From a virus (taxonomy: Duplodnaviria; Caudoviricetes), in the IMG/VR virus record IMGVR_UViG_3300042197_002679, positions 1 through 59,621 of that record: a DNA stretch of 59,621 bases; one strand, given 5' to 3'. The notes beneath the pieces were generated by a model. It was not told where the DNA came from. It was given only the letters and a program-made list of their open reading frames with translations, and made no database searches. Shown here piece after piece: positions 58,559-59,621 of the stretch. Each line of letters begins with the position of its first letter. The first letter of the stretch is position 1. The position numbers were made by a program, and so were the translations under genes.

Positions 58559-59503
58559 ATGACAAGTGATTTTCTTTTTGTGGAAAAATATCGTCCTCAA
58601 GTGATTGATGATTGTATTCTTCCTGATGAAACTAAAAAAACATTTAAGGAGTTCGTTGAGAAGGGAGAGATTCCAAATCTTCTTCTTGCTGGACCTCCTG
58701 GAATTGGTAAAACAACTATTGCAAAGGCACTATGTAACGAACTGGGGGCAGATTTTTATGTCATCAACGGATCCGACGAAGGACGTTTCTTGGATACTGT
58801 ACGGAACCAAGCGAAGAACTTTGCTTCGACCGTTTCACTTACGGGATCTTCTAAACACAAAGTCATCATCATCGATGAGGCTGATAACACGGGGAACGAC
58901 GTTCAACTCCTTCTACGGGCAAATATTGAGGCATTTTATAACAACTGCCGATTTATTTTTACCTGTAACTACAAAAACAAAATCATCGAACCCCTTCATT
59001 CTCGATGTGCAGTCATTGACTTTACTATCAAAGGAAAACAAAAGGCACAACTTGCAGGAGCATTCTTTAAGAGACTTCAAACAATCTTGGATCAAGAAAA
59101 GATTGAGTATGATCCAAAAGTTCTTGCAGAGTTGGTATCGAAACACTTCCCAGACTTCCGTAGAGTCCTCAATGAATGTCAAAGATATTCTACGGGAGGA
59201 AAAATTGACTCGGCAATTCTTGCATCTTTCTCAGACATCTCTGTAAATGAACTTCTTAAAAATCTTAAGGAAAAGAACTTCACTGAAGTACGTAAATGGG
59301 TTGTATCCAATCTTGACAATGACAGCGGTGTTATTCTTCGTAGGGTTTATGATGCACTTTACGACTCAGTTGTTCCAGGTTCTATTCCTGCTGCTGTTCT
59401 TATTATTGCTAAGTATCAATATCAGATTGCATTCGTTTGTGACCAAGAAATAAATCTGCTTGCTGCCCTTACAGAAATTATGTGTGAAGTTGAGTTTAAA
59501 TGA
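58559..59503 (+). CDS. gp44: Clamp loader large subunit gp44
   Basis: VEKYRP, GPPGIGKTT, IIDEAD, SRC, FPDFRR. Confidence 0.97.
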   Translation: MTSDFLFVEKYRPQVIDDCILPDETKKTFKEFVEKGEIPNLLLAGPPGIGKTTIAKALCNELGADFYVINGSDEGRFLDTVRNQAKNFASTVSLTGSSKHKVIIIDEADNTGNDVQLLLRANIEAFYNNCRFIFTCNYKNKIIEPLHSRCAVIDFTIKGKQKAQLAGAFFKRLQTILDQEKIEYDPKVLAELVSKHFPDFRRVLNECQRYSTGGKIDSAILASFSDISVNELLKNLKEKNFTEVRKWVVSNLDNDSGVILRRVYDALYDSVVPGSIPAAVLIIAKYQYQIAFVCDQEINLLAALTEIMCEVEFK

Positions 59504-59621
59504 AGTCTCTTAAAACACCCTTGAGGTATCCAGGCGGAAAGTCCCGTGCTTGCACCAAGATGGATCCTTATTTTCCAGATCTCCGCAACTATGATGAATT
59601 CCGTGAACCATTTCTTGGTGG
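59500..59621 (+). CDS. dam: DNA adenine methyltransferase (Dam family), 5' part only
   Basis: KTPLRYPGGKS and EPFLG(G) SAM-binding motifs. Confidence 0.85.
   Translation, partial: MKSLKTPLRYPGGKSRACTKMDPYFPDLRNYDEFREPFLG

Noticed and set aside
58605-59246. 213-aa alternative-frame + ORF inside gp44
   Set aside because: Fully nested in a conserved gene, with no SD and no motifs.
1-59621. tRNA/rRNA genes and photosynthesis auxiliary genes (psbA, hli)
   Set aside because: None was recognised by eye; the intergenic gaps are short. A tRNAscan-SE run would confirm.

Overview
This is a 59.6-kb, AT-rich segment of a T4-like myovirus, with essentially all genes on the + strand. Gene content and order are cyanophage-like: cobS, a VrlC-type structural protein, a giant gp7, and no recognisable gp9-12, wac or gp24. 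The host is not directly shown. The window opens at the end of a region of tiny genes and a structured non-coding boundary (1-600). It then runs through the late virion module (gp25, gp6, gp7, gp8, VrlC-like, gp13-gp23, gp3), followed by uvsY, uvsW, gp55, gp47, gp46, a metallopeptidase-vWA/CobS AAA+ pair, gp45, a DenV-like gene, gp44 and the start of a Dam methylase. The most notable signal is a candidate internal-protein (packaged cargo) system. Three ORFs begin with T4 capsid-targeting-like leaders (MKTYREFIAE, MKSFKQFLSE, MKTFKQFQE), and two basic, modular 'polyproteins' have modules separated by gp21-type (hydrophobic)-x-E sites. Other items of interest are overlapping divergent sigma70 promoters upstream of gp55, hairpin-embedded promoters, a free-standing GIY-YIG gene after g23, and candidate structured RNA leaders. 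All calls come from reading motifs and synteny by eye; no database searches were run.
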